Positions 1-9,796 of a stretch of 64,000 bases of DNA are shown piece by piece. This stretch comes from Edaphobacter sp. (GTDB lineage Bacteria > Acidobacteriota > Terriglobia > Terriglobales > Acidobacteriaceae). The notes beneath the pieces were generated by a model, which saw only the letters and a list, made by a program, of their open reading frames with translations, was not told where the DNA came from and searched no databases. The stretch spans positions 102,433 to 166,432 of the forward strand of contig DATMQZ010000007.1 of the NCBI GenBank assembly GCA_035566575.1. The letters are read 5' to 3'. Each line of letters begins with the position of its first letter. Position 1 is the stretch's first letter. A program made the translations under genes and the position numbers.

Positions 1-2
1 AA

Positions 3-1400
3 ACATCCGTCTCGCCCGAGACCCGCACCGCCGTCCGCCAGCTTATCGGCGACATCATGGTGGATAGCAAAGCCTACGCCTACGATCGCCAGCTCGCCGA
101 CCACGTCGGTCCACGCCTCACTGGCTCCGACAACTACGTCCACGCGGTCTCCTGGGCTGTCGATCAGTTCAAATCCCTCGGCCTCACCAACGTCCACACC
201 GAGTCCTTCACCATGCCGGCCCTCTGGGAACCCGAGGTCCTCGCCGCTGGTCAGATTCTAGAGCCGCGCCTACAGACCCTCCACATCTACTCTCTCGGTT
301 GGAGCCCTTCCACTCCTGAAGGAGGCATCAAGGGCAACGTCGTCTACATCCCTCATCTCACGATCGAAGGCCTCGATTCTCTAAAGGACAAGATCAAAGG
401 CGCAATCGTCCTTATCGATGAGTCCAGCTTCGGCGACCAACCCTCCTTTAGCCAGATCCTCAAAGCCCTCAACCATCTTGGCGAATTCGTTCCGCAAGCT
501 CTTCTGCTCGTCGGCGGCGCCAACGGCATCGAATCCGCCACCGCCCTCACCTTCGACGGCACCATCTCGCACATCCCCATGGCCCAGATCGGCCTCGAAG
601 ACGAACTCCTCATCAAGCGCCTACTCGACGAAGGCCCTGTCACTGTTCAGTTCTCCTTCAAGAACCGCATCCGTCCCACCACTCAGGTCAATAACGTCGT
701 CGCCGAAATCCCGGGCAGCGACCTGCCCAACGAGATCGTCATCGTCGCCGGCCACCTCGACTCCTGGCATCCCGCCACCGGAGCCCAGGACAACGGCACC
801 GGTGTCTCGACCGTCATCGACGTAGCCCGCGCTGTCAAGGCACTCGGCCGTCCCCCGCGGCGCACCATGCGCTTCATACTCTTCGGGGGCGAAGAGCAGG
901 GAATTATCGGCTCAACGTCCTATGTCAAGCACCACATCGCCGACTTGCCAAACATCGACGCCGTCCTCATCTCCGACACTGGAGCTGAACCAGCGAAGGG
1001 CTGGTACGTCATGGGCCGCAACGACGAGACCAAGGCCCTCGAAAACATCGAGCCTCTTCTCGCTGGCCTCGGCTCCGACAAGACCAATCCGAGCACACAG
1101 TTCCTCTTCCAGACCGACCACATCAGCTTCGATCTGCTAGGCGTTCCCACGCTGGTCCTCTGGACCAGCACCGAAAAATACTTCAAGCTCCACCACAAAG
1201 CCTCAGACAGCTTCGACTCCGTAGTCCAGGCCGATCTCACCCAAGGGGTCGCCACCACAGCCGCCACGGCCTACGCGATCGCCGACTCTGCCCAACCCTT
1301 CGCCCCACACTTCACCCCGAAGCAGGTCGAAGACATGCTCAAAGACGCCAAACAATACGACGACTACCAGTTCTTCAAATCCGCCGGCGTCTTCCCATAA
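3..1400 (+). CDS. M28-family metallopeptidase (carboxypeptidase Q-like, PA domain); 5' end lies outside the window
   Basis: Frame open from position 3. Motifs GPRLTGS, AGHLDSW, GAQDNGTG, GGEEQG, TDH, HHKASD. Confidence 0.9.
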   Translation, partial: TSVSPETRTAVRQLIGDIMVDSKAYAYDRQLADHVGPRLTGSDNYVHAVSWAVDQFKSLGLTNVHTESFTMPALWEPEVLAAGQILEPRLQTLHIYSLGWSPSTPEGGIKGNVVYIPHLTIEGLDSLKDKIKGAIVLIDESSFGDQPSFSQILKALNHLGEFVPQALLLVGGANGIESATALTFDGTISHIPMAQIGLEDELLIKRLLDEGPVTVQFSFKNRIRPTTQVNNVVAEIPGSDLPNEIVIVAGHLDSWHPATGAQDNGTGVSTVIDVARAVKALGRPPRRTMRFILFGGEEQGIIGSTSYVKHHIADLPNIDAVLISDTGAEPAKGWYVMGRNDETKALENIEPLLAGLGSDKTNPSTQFLFQTDHISFDLLGVPTLVLWTSTEKYFKLHHKASDSFDSVVQADLTQGVATTAATAYAIADSAQPFAPHFTPKQVEDMLKDAKQYDDYQFFKSAGVFP

Positions 1401-1436
1401 ACGGCGCATAACATTTTTGGTCGTGCATCAGTTCAT

Positions 1437-2753
1437 CTATTGCGCGGGTCGCTGCGCAGTACGGCTTTGCGCGAGGATAAGCGCAAGGATAAGCATGCCT
1501 GCCGCTGCGAAGAAAGGCGTGCCAGGATGCCGCAACAGCGGATTGGCTCCGATGGATTTGCTGAAGACGTAGGTAAAGAGGCCGGGGCCGATGAGGCCCG
1601 CAATGCCGCGCAGACTGTTGATGGCGCCCTGTAACTGACCCTGTTCGGAGGGGCTAGTGTGGCGCGAGAGGATGCTTTGCGCGGCGGGCCATGTGATCGA
1701 CATCATGTTGAGAAACGGGATGCCGAGCCAGAAGAGAAGACCGGTTCTGGAGAGACCGAACATGGAGTAGCCGAAGGCTCCGCCGATAAGGCCGATCGTG
1801 ACGGCACCGCGCTCGCCTAGTTTGGCGACAGTGGGTTTGACGAGGAGGGCACCGTAGATTGCAGAGCAGATACCGATGGCCGCGAGAGAGAAGCCGACCG
1901 TGCGATCGGTCCAATGGTAACGGTAGTCGGCATAGATGACGTAGACGTTCATGAGGGACTGCTGGGCGATGTAGCCGAGCAGGAGCAGACCGGCGATAGG
2001 GAGCATGGACTCGTGGCGCAGGAGTGAGAGCGAACCGACTGGATTTGCACGACGCCAAGAGAAGGGGCTGCGATTCTCGAGAGAAAGTGACTCCGGCAGG
2101 ACGAAGATTCCGTAAAGACCATTGATGAGCGAAAGCGAACCCGCAACCAGAAATGGCAGACGTGGACTAACGGTGCCAAGGAGGCCTCCAACAGCAGGGC
2201 CTAGAACGAAGCCGAGTCCGAAAGCTGCGCTCAACATGCCGAAGGCGGCAGCACGGCGTTCGCGCGGAGTGACATCGGCCATATAGGCCATTGCCGTGGG
2301 AATGCTGGATGAGGTGAAGCCGGAGATAACCCGGCCCAGGAAAAGCCAGCCAAGCGCCGGAGCCCATGCCATAAGGAGATAGTCAAAGCCGAGCCCGAAG
2401 TTCGAGAGAAGGACGATAGGACGGCGGCCGAAGCGGTCGGAGAGTGAGCCGAGGATAGGAGAGCAGAAAAACTGCATGACAGCGAAAACCGTTCCGAAGA
2501 GTCCAAGCATCTGTGCGGCATCGACGGTATTGCCATAAAGGAAGCTCTCAATGAGACGCGGAAGAACAGGCGCGATCATGCCGAGCGCAAGCATGTCCAG
2601 CGTGACGGTGAAGAAGATAAAAGCCGCTGCTGCTCTTCGGCCCTTAGCTGGAGTGGGTTTGAGGGCAGTCCCGTCGATTGAAGAAGGGAACTCTGGCTCG
2701 CTGAGGAGCGGGTTTGGGATCTGGTCCGGCGAATTGTGTGGAGAGTCGGACAT
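1437..2753 (-). CDS. TetA-like MFS efflux transporter (DHA1/TCR-Tet family)
   Basis: MFS motif [12 protein letters not shown], antiporter motif [21 protein letters not shown]; about 12 hydrophobic segments. Confidence 0.9.
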   Translation of the reverse strand: MSDSPHNSPDQIPNPLLSEPEFPSSIDGTALKPTPAKGRRAAAAFIFFTVTLDMLALGMIAPVLPRLIESFLYGNTVDAAQMLGLFGTVFAVMQFFCSPILGSLSDRFGRRPIVLLSNFGLGFDYLLMAWAPALGWLFLGRVISGFTSSSIPTAMAYMADVTPRERRAAAFGMLSAAFGLGFVLGPAVGGLLGTVSPRLPFLVAGSLSLINGLYGIFVLPESLSLENRSPFSWRRANPVGSLSLLRHESMLPIAGLLLLGYIAQQSLMNVYVIYADYRYHWTDRTVGFSLAAIGICSAIYGALLVKPTVAKLGERGAVTIGLIGGAFGYSMFGLSRTGLLFWLGIPFLNMMSITWPAAQSILSRHTSPSEQGQLQGAINSLRGIAGLIGPGLFTYVFSKSIGANPLLRHPGTPFFAAAGMLILALILAQSRTAQRPAQ

Positions 2754-2842
2754 GGGGATTTGAGCGCTAGTCTACGTGAGTTTCATTTGCGGAAGCTTGG
2801 AGATTTCGGCACAAACGCATCTACTAGTGGGAGAGGGTTAGT

Positions 2843-3670
2843 TTGAAACGACTGAAGTGGCCTCAAATGTGGTTTTGGTTGTTTGTCGCGGCGGGGCTTT
2901 GTTTGCCTACTCCGATGGTGATGGCGCAGAGCGGCCAGACGGCGCGGCAAATAGTGGACGCCATGCTGCTGCAGGAGAGAACAGCAGAACTGCATCGAAA
3001 CAAATATATGTATTTGTCACAGGAGCGGTCGGAGCGAACCGGGCACCACCTCTGGACGGAGCGGGTGGTTGAGACATCGGCCGGGAAGATGCGGATGCTT
3101 ATCGCCGAGGATGGGCAGCCTCTCAGCAACGAGCGGGCAGCCGCAGAGCGAGCGCGGTTACAAGGAATTGTCGAAAATCCGGCTGCGTTTGAGAAGAGTT
3201 CGGCGGCGCTGAAGAATGATGAAAAACACGCGAAGGAGATGCTGGACCTGTTGCCGAAGGCGTTTCTGTTTGAGAATGCGCGGCAAGAGGGAGAGTTTGT
3301 ACGGATCGATTTTCGCCCGAATCCCGACTACGTAACGCAGTCGCTGGAGGAGCGAGTTCTCCATGGGATGAAGGGTTCGATCCTGGTGGATCCACGCGTG
3401 ATGCGGCTACGCGGGATTGAAGGAAGATTGCACGAGGATGTGAACATCGGGTTCGGTTTGGTGGCGACGATTAAAGCTGGAAGTAACTTTGATACCACGA
3501 GACAGCTGGTGTATGGGACGGAGTGGAAGACGCAGACGCTCGATACGGATATCAATGGAAGAGCCATCTTCTTCAAGATGATTGGTAAGAAAGAACACGC
3601 GGTGCACAGCGATTTCAAGGTGCTGCAAGAACTAACGGTGGCTGAAGCGGTGGCTATGCTGGAGAAGTAG
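2843..3670 (+). CDS. Secreted hypothetical protein
   Basis: 275-aa ORF with N-terminal signal peptide and consistent codon bias. Confidence 0.75.
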   Translation: MKRLKWPQMWFWLFVAAGLCLPTPMVMAQSGQTARQIVDAMLLQERTAELHRNKYMYLSQERSERTGHHLWTERVVETSAGKMRMLIAEDGQPLSNERAAAERARLQGIVENPAAFEKSSAALKNDEKHAKEMLDLLPKAFLFENARQEGEFVRIDFRPNPDYVTQSLEERVLHGMKGSILVDPRVMRLRGIEGRLHEDVNIGFGLVATIKAGSNFDTTRQLVYGTEWKTQTLDTDINGRAIFFKMIGKKEHAVHSDFKVLQELTVAEAVAMLEK

Positions 3671-3691
3671 AGGCATGCGGTTCGATCGCGG

Positions 3692-4729
3692 CTAGTGGAC
3701 GTTGCGGTTGGTGATAGAGACGCGGAAGGGTGGCCGAGTGGCTTCAGCGGGATCCTGTATGTAAGCCTGGGTTGTTTGGGCAGGATCGTAGTCTCGCCAT
3801 AGCCAGATCATCTCCTGAGGGAATTCAGCTGCGCCCTCGACCGGGCTGTGCGGGCCGACCCCGAAGCTGAAGTGCGAGTCGTAGGATTTGAGCTTGAGAG
3901 CATTAGCCACGCGGATGTTTGCGAGCGGCCAGCTGCCGTAGCGATCGTTCTCCTGGTCGTTGCTGCCATCCTGTACCCAGACGCGAATGTTGCGGTGTGG
4001 TTCGCGGAGAATCTTTTCAGGATAGTCCTGGCCTCCATCAGGGACGGCGGGGTCTTCGTGCCATTGGATGCCGGTGAAACTACCTATCCAGGTGATGACG
4101 CGGCTGAACTCATCGGGCATTTGCCACGCGGCGTTGAAGGCGGCGATTCCGCCGGAGGAGAGGCCAGTGATGGCGTGGCTGTAGGCGTCTTTGCGGAGGT
4201 TGTATTTGGCGGCGACCTCAGGCAGAAGTTCATCGCGCAGAAAACGGGCGTAGCGGTCAGAGACGGTGTCGTACTCGGTCGATCGCATGGAGTCTTTGAG
4301 GCTGCGCGACCATTTCCGGGAGTACGCTTCGACGAAGCGGGAGGTAGGCGTACCAGGCGACATAGGTATGTCGCCGGGGTTGGTGAAGACGGTGATCATG
4401 ACAGGGATTTTGTGTTGCGCGATGAGGTTGTCGAGGACATTGAGGGCAGGATGATCGCCGTTGCGGTTGATATATCCTCCGCCATCGTTGAAGACCATGA
4501 GTGCCGCGGGGACTTTGGGATCGTACTGGGCGGGGACATAGATCCAGTAGTCGCTCTTCATGCCGTCGTAGACGTGGCTGGTGATAGAGAGCTTTGGTGA
4601 GAGTGTGCCGGAGGGCACATCGGAGTGTTGGGCGGAGTTTGTTGCGAGTGATGAAGGCTCAGGCTTGGCGGGGGTCTGTGCAGCGGCGGACAGGGAGAGG
4701 CAGAGCGTTGCCAGCAGATACTTGATCAT
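3692..4729 (-). CDS. Secreted enterochelin-esterase-like alpha/beta hydrolase
   Basis: Signal peptide; YWIYVPAQY, FNDG, RSTEYD, nucleophile elbow GLSSGG. Confidence 0.85.
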   Translation of the reverse strand: MIKYLLATLCLSLSAAAQTPAKPEPSSLATNSAQHSDVPSGTLSPKLSITSHVYDGMKSDYWIYVPAQYDPKVPAALMVFNDGGGYINRNGDHPALNVLDNLIAQHKIPVMITVFTNPGDIPMSPGTPTSRFVEAYSRKWSRSLKDSMRSTEYDTVSDRYARFLRDELLPEVAAKYNLRKDAYSHAITGLSSGGIAAFNAAWQMPDEFSRVITWIGSFTGIQWHEDPAVPDGGQDYPEKILREPHRNIRVWVQDGSNDQENDRYGSWPLANIRVANALKLKSYDSHFSFGVGPHSPVEGAAEFPQEMIWLWRDYDPAQTTQAYIQDPAEATRPPFRVSITNRNVH

Positions 4730-4768
4730 GGGCTACCACTATATCGCTGGCGGTGTGGGCGGTGCTTC

Positions 4769-4781
4769 TACAATCAAGTAG
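4769..4781 (+). promoter_or_regulatory. -10 element (TACAAT) 7 nt before the tgt ATG; probable leaderless transcript
   Basis: TACAAT-caagtag-ATG, no Shine-Dalgarno. Confidence 0.55.
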
Positions 4782-5906
4782 ATGGCGCTTACGTTTGAGA
4801 TACAGAAGACAGCAGAGTGTGGAGGGCGCAGAGCCTCGGTTACGCTGCCGCATGGTGTGGCGCAGACTCCGGTGTTTATGCCGGTTGGAACACTAGCGAG
4901 TGTGAAGGCCGTCGAACAGGGCGTGCTGGAGAGGACTGGACCCGATGACAGAGGGGCCGAGATCATCCTCGCGAATACATATCATCTCTATCTTCGTCCT
5001 GGACACGAGCTCGTGCGACGGATGGGCGGAGTGCACCGGTTCATGAGCTGGGAACGGCCGATGTTGACCGATTCGGGTGGATTTCAAGTATTCAGCCTGA
5101 GCGGTCTGCGGAAGGTTACGTCGGAAGGCGTGGAGTTTCGATCGCATCTGGATGGATCGAAGCACTTCTTCTCGCCGGAGCACTCGATGGATGTGCAGAT
5201 TGCGCTGGGCGCGGACATTGCGATGGTCTTCGATGAGTGTGTCGAGACGCCGGCCACATGGGAGCGAACGCGAGAGTCAATGGGGTTGACTCATGCGTGG
5301 GCGCAGCGGTCGAAGGATCACTTCGATGCGAACAGACATCTTGTTCCGTGGTTCGCGGAGAAGGATGGGAAGACACAGAACCTGTTTGGAATCGTGCAGG
5401 GCGGAATGTATGTCGATCTCCGGAAGGAGTCGGCAGAGCGGCTGGTAGAGATGGATCTGCCGGGCTATGCGATTGGCGGTTTGGCTGTCGGTGAGCCTCG
5501 CGAGGTTACGCGGGAGATGATTGCGCGAACGCTCGAGTGGCTGCCGAAGGACAAACCTCGCTATGTGATGGGCGTTGGTTATCCCGATGAGATTGAAGAG
5601 TACGCGAAGATGGGCGTCGACATGATGGATTGCGTTTTGCCTACGCGAGCGGGACGTCATGGACTGGTGTTTGCCCGTGATGATGACGGACGTGTCGTGC
5701 GGATGAACATCAAGCGCAAGGAATATGCAGAGGATTCAGGACCGATCGATGCTGCTTGCGGATGCATGGTTTGTGCGCGATATACGCGGGCTTATCTTCG
5801 GCATCTATTTGTGGCTGGCGAGCCGCTGGGGCTTACGCTCAACTCGGTGCACAATCTGCATTTTTATCTGGCTACGATGGAGCGGGTTCGAAGCGGGCTG
5901 AAGTAG
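4782..5906 (+). CDS. tgt: Queuine tRNA-ribosyltransferase (tRNA-guanine transglycosylase)
   Basis: TPVFMPVGT, NTYHL, TDSGGFQVFSL, GGLAVGE, DCVLPTR, Zn site CGCMVC...HN. Confidence 0.97.
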   Translation: MALTFEIQKTAECGGRRASVTLPHGVAQTPVFMPVGTLASVKAVEQGVLERTGPDDRGAEIILANTYHLYLRPGHELVRRMGGVHRFMSWERPMLTDSGGFQVFSLSGLRKVTSEGVEFRSHLDGSKHFFSPEHSMDVQIALGADIAMVFDECVETPATWERTRESMGLTHAWAQRSKDHFDANRHLVPWFAEKDGKTQNLFGIVQGGMYVDLRKESAERLVEMDLPGYAIGGLAVGEPREVTREMIARTLEWLPKDKPRYVMGVGYPDEIEEYAKMGVDMMDCVLPTRAGRHGLVFARDDDGRVVRMNIKRKEYAEDSGPIDAACGCMVCARYTRAYLRHLFVAGEPLGLTLNSVHNLHFYLATMERVRSGLK

Positions 5907-5943
5907 AGCCCAAAGAAAAGAATCCTGATCTTTCCGCCTCGCT

Positions 5944-7326
5944 TCAGCGAAGTTTCTTACTGACGACCTTCTTCTTCGCCGGCTTCAACGACCGCACCAG
6001 CTCCTCCCAGTCCGTCTCCGTTTGATTGGCATACGCCACTGCAAACGCCACAACCGCATCATCAAACCGCGTCGAAGGCCCAAGATACCCCGCCAGCATC
6101 GCAGCATCGCCCGATCGCGCATGACCACGCGCCAACAGCTCTCCGCACACCTCCGCGTACTCCATCAGTCCTGCCGCCTTCAGGTCTTCCACCTGGATCG
6201 AAGCCTTGTGATCGTTCAGCTGTCGCACCAGATAGTCCCGCCCCTCCATCGTTGTCCACCCCAGAAATGGATCCGACTGCAACTGCATCGCCCGCGATCC
6301 CTCCACGACTCTCCGCCCCTGATGAAAGTTTCCCCGTCGATTGAATCCCCCATTCACACGCCCCACATAAGGCGCATACCCCGAAACCGCCTCCTCTTTG
6401 ATCTGCAGAAACAGCGGATCCCGCGGTCCATTCCCCTCCATATAAACGCAATAGTCCCGCAGCCCAACCGACCCCGTTCCCACCACCTTGAACGCTACAT
6501 CCACAGGCCGGTACTGCGCCAGCAAATGTCGACGTTCCCGCAGCAGACTCTCTGTATATAACTCCAGCGACCCCACGATCTTCTCAGCCATCGCACCCTT
6601 AACTCTTGTCAGAGTCGGTGGTATCGTCCGGAACACCCGTCCCGCTTTTTCCTGCGTCTTGCTTTTTTTTGTGGTCGTAGCATCCTCGCGTTCCGTCAAC
6701 GTCAACAGAGTATGCGTGGGTGTAGCCCGTTCTGCCATTCGCAGAATTCCGCCCACGGTCGGCACATTGCGCAGCCGATGCACTTTATACCTCGCCACCT
6801 CCAGCACCGGCATTCGCGCGAACATCAGCATCGTCGTCCGGTACTTATCAAGAAACACCGCCGCCGCCTCACGGCAATCCACATTCTTCGCACCGGCGCC
6901 ACGCCCTGCCAGCACCAGGCTGGTCGCCATCCGCTTCACATCCCACTCAAACGGCCCCGCAATCGTCTCATCGAAGTCGTTGATGTCGAACTCCAGCCGC
7001 CCGTCCGGCCCCGCGAACGCCCCCAGGTTCCTCACATGCGCATCACCGCACAGTTGGCTAATGATCCCTGTATTCGCCACCAACGAGAGGTCATACGCCA
7101 TCACAGGCACCGCTCCACGAAAGTACGCAAACGGCGATCCTTCCATCAACTGGTACTTCAGCTGCACCAGGGCCGGCACCCGCCCTTTCATCGACGCATC
7201 CAGCAGCTTCAACGGATCGACCTTGCGGTCCTTCGCCTTCAGCATTGCATGGTCTACTCGGCGTATCTGCTTACGCCGCTGTCGTCCAATCTCCGCACGT
7301 TCCTCTACGTTCGCCATCACCGCCAT
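5944..7326 (-). CDS. DUF2252 family protein (kinase-like)
   Basis: SPFAYFRGA, CGDAHVRNLG, DINDFDE, KVVGTGSVG, LQIKE, DPFLGW, LARGHARSGD. Confidence 0.9.
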   Translation of the reverse strand: MAVMANVEERAEIGRQRRKQIRRVDHAMLKAKDRKVDPLKLLDASMKGRVPALVQLKYQLMEGSPFAYFRGAVPVMAYDLSLVANTGIISQLCGDAHVRNLGAFAGPDGRLEFDINDFDETIAGPFEWDVKRMATSLVLAGRGAGAKNVDCREAAAVFLDKYRTTMLMFARMPVLEVARYKVHRLRNVPTVGGILRMAERATPTHTLLTLTEREDATTTKKSKTQEKAGRVFRTIPPTLTRVKGAMAEKIVGSLELYTESLLRERRHLLAQYRPVDVAFKVVGTGSVGLRDYCVYMEGNGPRDPLFLQIKEEAVSGYAPYVGRVNGGFNRRGNFHQGRRVVEGSRAMQLQSDPFLGWTTMEGRDYLVRQLNDHKASIQVEDLKAAGLMEYAEVCGELLARGHARSGDAAMLAGYLGPSTRFDDAVVAFAVAYANQTETDWEELVRSLKPAKKKVVSKKLR

Positions 7327-7377
7327 CGCTCAGTCCTCCGCTAAACTTCAAGAGAACAAGCGTACGCCTTTTGCCGC

Positions 7378-7407
7378 AAAAAAATAGAGGCGCCTGATTG
7401 GCGCCTC
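7378..7407 (-). terminator. Rho-independent terminator
   Basis: Minus strand GAGGCGCC-aatca-GGCGCCTC followed by tattttttt. Confidence 0.75.
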
Positions 7408-7510
7408 CTGGAGAGCAATACGTAACGAAGACAAGATTACGATCGATGCCTCCCGCTGTCATGGGTACGATGGTCCATTTTCGCCTCCATCTTTCGATGG
7501 AGACAAGGCC
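7408..7510 (-). ncRNA. Candidate structured RNA (3'-UTR/sRNA) containing a 13-codon sORF
   Basis: 11-bp stem with GAAA tetraloop (7481-7506), a second predicted stem, then a terminator. Confidence 0.3.
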
Positions 7511-7521
7511 ACTGCGCCGCG

Positions 7522-8577
7522 TTAGAAGTGATGCGTCAACCGCACAATCACCGTATAGTCAGCAAAAAACGCATCGCCATTCTTCGTGTTGTTCTGTACC
7601 TCCGGCACGCTCGGAGGCCGGTTCCGGTACAGCGCCCACGGCCCATTCACCGACAGCGTCGTCCGTTTCACATTCATCATCAGCCCCGGATCCAGCGACA
7701 CAATCGTTCCCGGCCGCCGGAATCCATTGCTGTCGCCCAGCAAATCGCGCACCGGTACGCCCTCGCCGCGAACGCCCAGACTCAACGCCAACCCCCGTAC
7801 CTTCGGGACACCCTGCGATACTCCCGCCCGGTAGAGATACTGGTCCGTCACCGACATTACGCCTTGTCCCGGCTGACTCCGAAACGTCGCCACGCCATTC
7901 GTATCCATCGGATTGAACAGATACGCCGCCTCATAGTAAACATCCGCCCGCCGCCACATCGACTTGTATCCCTGTGAGCCCAACGAAAATCCCCAGCCAC
8001 CATCGCCCGGCTGCATCGACTGATCCGCCGTTGCTTTGATCACCTGCCCTTTATAGAGCCCCGACCCAGTCGCATCATTGATCCCCGTAGGAATCTTCAA
8101 CGAGGCGCTCACAGCGATGTCTCCTCCATTCTCCGTTGGCGGACGGAAGATCCATGCCTGCGCTCCCAGCGTAATATCACCCAACCCGCTCACCTGATAT
8201 ATCCCCGACGGCGGATAAATCTGGTTGCGCGTTCCGTCGTAAATCGGCACATCGGCGATGAAGCTCCACCGCGGAGAAAACCGGTACTCCACTCCAATAT
8301 CGAAAATATTCTGATGGTTCCTTACTGCTGTCGGCCGCGCAATCTTCTGATCGCCGACAAAATACTTGTTCGAATTGAACACTCGATAGCCGATATCCAG
8401 GGTCAGGTTATGAATCGACCACAAGCCGTGAGACCCGCCGTCATAGTCCTTCACCAACTCATCCATGTTCCGCTGATTCGAATGCGCCGCGACGCATCCC
8501 TGCGCCAACGCTCGACCGCCTGCGAAACTCACCGACACCGCCGCCACCAACATCATCAACCGCTGTATGTTTTTCAT
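7522..8577 (-). CDS. Outer-membrane beta-barrel-like protein (MetA-deg/transporter-like)
   Basis: Signal peptide ending AQGCVA, GLGDI motif, alternating beta-strand pattern, C-terminal Phe. Confidence 0.7.
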   Translation of the reverse strand: MKNIQRLMMLVAAVSVSFAGGRALAQGCVAAHSNQRNMDELVKDYDGGSHGLWSIHNLTLDIGYRVFNSNKYFVGDQKIARPTAVRNHQNIFDIGVEYRFSPRWSFIADVPIYDGTRNQIYPPSGIYQVSGLGDITLGAQAWIFRPPTENGGDIAVSASLKIPTGINDATGSGLYKGQVIKATADQSMQPGDGGWGFSLGSQGYKSMWRRADVYYEAAYLFNPMDTNGVATFRSQPGQGVMSVTDQYLYRAGVSQGVPKVRGLALSLGVRGEGVPVRDLLGDSNGFRRPGTIVSLDPGLMMNVKRTTLSVNGPWALYRNRPPSVPEVQNNTKNGDAFFADYTVIVRLTHHF

Positions 8578-8756
8578 AATTAATCCTTAAAACGCAAAAT
8601 TGGCCTATCAATAAACGGACAACAAAATAGCCTGCTCTTGAGCTTTCACACTCTAAGCGACATCAAACATGGCCGTCTTCGCCCAAAAGATTGAGTTCGC
8701 ACTCCTTCGTCGAAACGAACCTAGCGCCTCAACCTAAAAATTTGCTTAGAACGCTC

Positions 8757-8814
8757 TTGACAATTGCTGGTGTCATTTTTATATTACCAATCAGTTATGG
8801 AACCGATAGGCTAT
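8757..8814 (+). promoter_or_regulatory. sigma70 promoter and putative ArsR operator
   Basis: TTGACA-N17-TATATT, then ATTACC-aatc-AGTTAT and GGAACC-gata-GGCTAT, similar to the palindrome at 34093. Confidence 0.6.
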
Positions 8815-9186
8815 ATAAACGCACCTTCACTCGATGCCACCTTCGCCGCCCTGGCAGATCCCACCCGTCGAGCCATCCTCGCCCGCCTCGCGTCCGGCGA
8901 GGCTTCAGTAACAGAGCTGGCCGCTCCCTTCGAGATGAGCCAACCTGCCATCTCCAAACACCTCAAGGTACTTGAGCGCGCCGGCCTCATCTCACGCGGT
9001 CTCGACGCCCAGCGGCGTCCCCGCAAGCTCGAAGCCGCACCTCTCGCGGAAGCTACCGAATGGCTCGAGAACTACCGTCAGTTTTGGGAGACCGCCTACC
9101 GGCAACTGGACTTTCTGCTCGACGAAATGAAGACAAATAAGACAAGCAAGAAGAAAAAACCCGCACGCAAAAAATCGAAAAAATAG
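8797..9186 (+). CDS. ArsR/SmtB family transcriptional regulator
   Basis: FAALADPTRRAIL, SQPAISKHLKVLERAGL. Confidence 0.92.
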   Translation: MEPIGYINAPSLDATFAALADPTRRAILARLASGEASVTELAAPFEMSQPAISKHLKVLERAGLISRGLDAQRRPRKLEAAPLAEATEWLENYRQFWETAYRQLDFLLDEMKTNKTSKKKKPARKKSKK

Positions 9187-9196
9187 GAGATCACCA

Positions 9197-9679
9197 ATGA
9201 ACCGAATGGAAATGATGCAACTAGCCACCCCCACCGAGAAGGAGATCGTAGTCACCCGCGTCTTCAACGGCCCGCGCCAGCTCGTCTTCGACGCCTTCAC
9301 CAAACCCGAATTGCTCAAGCGTTGGCTCTTCGGGCCGGGTAACTGGTCTCTCGAAGTCTGCGAGGTCGATCTAAGAGTGGGTGGCTCCTATCGCTATGTA
9401 TGGCGCGGCCCCAGTGGAGAAGAGATTGGCATGGGCGGCATCCATCGCGAGGTCATTCCGCCGGAGCGCATCGTCGCCACTCAGTTGTTCGATCAGGACT
9501 GGACCAATGGCGAGGCCATCGGCACGCTCGTCTTCACCGAGCAGGACGGCAAGACCACACTCACCAACACGATCCTCTACTCCTCACGCGAGGCACGCGA
9601 TGCTGTCCTTAAAACCCCAATGGATAAGGGCATGGCCGAAGGTTACGACAGGCTTGAGCAGATCCTGGAGTCACTCTAA
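9197..9679 (+). CDS. SRPBCC (AHSA1-like) family protein
   Basis: IVVTRVFNGPRQLVFDAFTKPELLKRW, DLRVGGSYRY; AGGAG RBS. Confidence 0.9.
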   Translation: MNRMEMMQLATPTEKEIVVTRVFNGPRQLVFDAFTKPELLKRWLFGPGNWSLEVCEVDLRVGGSYRYVWRGPSGEEIGMGGIHREVIPPERIVATQLFDQDWTNGEAIGTLVFTEQDGKTTLTNTILYSSREARDAVLKTPMDKGMAEGYDRLEQILESL

Positions 9680-9687
9680 TCGTTCAC

Positions 9688-9735
9688 AGCCTGCAAAGCA
9701 TGGCCAAACCGAATTGCCGCCATCTTTGCAGGCTT
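9688..9735. terminator. Hairpin between convergent genes
   Basis: GCCTGCAAAG..ATGGC...GCCAT.CTTTGCAGGC inverted repeat. Confidence 0.5.
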
Positions 9736-9796
9736 CGCTTCTTCCTGAAATTTTCACAGGAGCATTCCACGGAGCCGAGCCATCCCAATCGCTGGC

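Noticed and set aside
1437-2753. Bona fide tetracycline resistance gene tetA
   Set aside because: Family motifs only, with no tetR or mobile context; the substrate cannot be inferred.
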